The translations under genes and the position numbers were made by a program. DNA of 64,000 nt. Source: Entomortierella parvispora E1425. Its lineage: Eukaryota; Fungi; Mortierellomycota. The stretch spans positions 2,480,001 through 2,544,000 of the forward strand of contig BQFW01000007.1 of the NCBI GenBank assembly GCA_020891255.1, in the 5' to 3' direction. Positions 63,991 through 64,000 of the stretch are shown piece after piece; the stretch's first letter is position 1; each line of letters opens with the position of its first letter. Below the pieces are notes generated by a model. It saw nothing but the letters and a program-made list of their open reading frames with translations, made no database searches and was not told where the DNA came from.

Positions 63991-64000
63991 GTTGTATATG

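Noticed and set aside
1-64000. U12-type (RTATCCTT) introns, tRNA, rRNA and transposase genes
   Set aside because: The RTATCCTT matches I saw fall in exons, at acceptors or on the wrong strand. No tRNA, rRNA, DDE or RT signatures were noticed by eye.

Overview
Gene-dense, intron-rich eukaryotic window. Short GT-AG introns, CT-rich 5' leaders ending in ...caccATG and the gene content point to an early-diverging fungus, most likely Mortierellaceae (inference). From 1 to 56 kb there are about 16 genes: the C-terminus of a KPVE-repeat surface protein, TFIIF-beta (TFG2), RPL32, a DIS3-family exoribonuclease that looks DIS3L1-like, a Ctr copper transporter, an ABCC/MRP transporter, TPS2, a kinase-FHA-FHA protein, a 4-TM protein, a SETD6-like methyltransferase, MED5, a DUF3020 protein, a DEDDh-RRM-5xRanBP2-ZnF (NRP1-like) protein, a GH2 beta-mannosidase, an S8 subtilisin, and a roughly 3000-aa neurobeachin-like protein with no BEACH domain. 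The 56.3-63 kb interval has no intact gene. It holds an old imperfect palindrome of about 1.4 kb centred near 58165, with ~73-nt minisatellite arms, symmetric ACGCGT boxes and twin outward micro-ORFs, plus three diverged copies of another repeat. The window ends with nuclear poly(A)-binding protein PAB2/PABPN1. No rRNA, tRNA, CRISPR array or transposase was seen. The best leads are the palindrome, the PIN-dead DIS3L1-like gene, the catalytically intact NRP1-like nuclease, the kinase-FHA-FHA order and the BEACH-less neurobeachin. All family calls come from motif recognition by eye, not from database searches.
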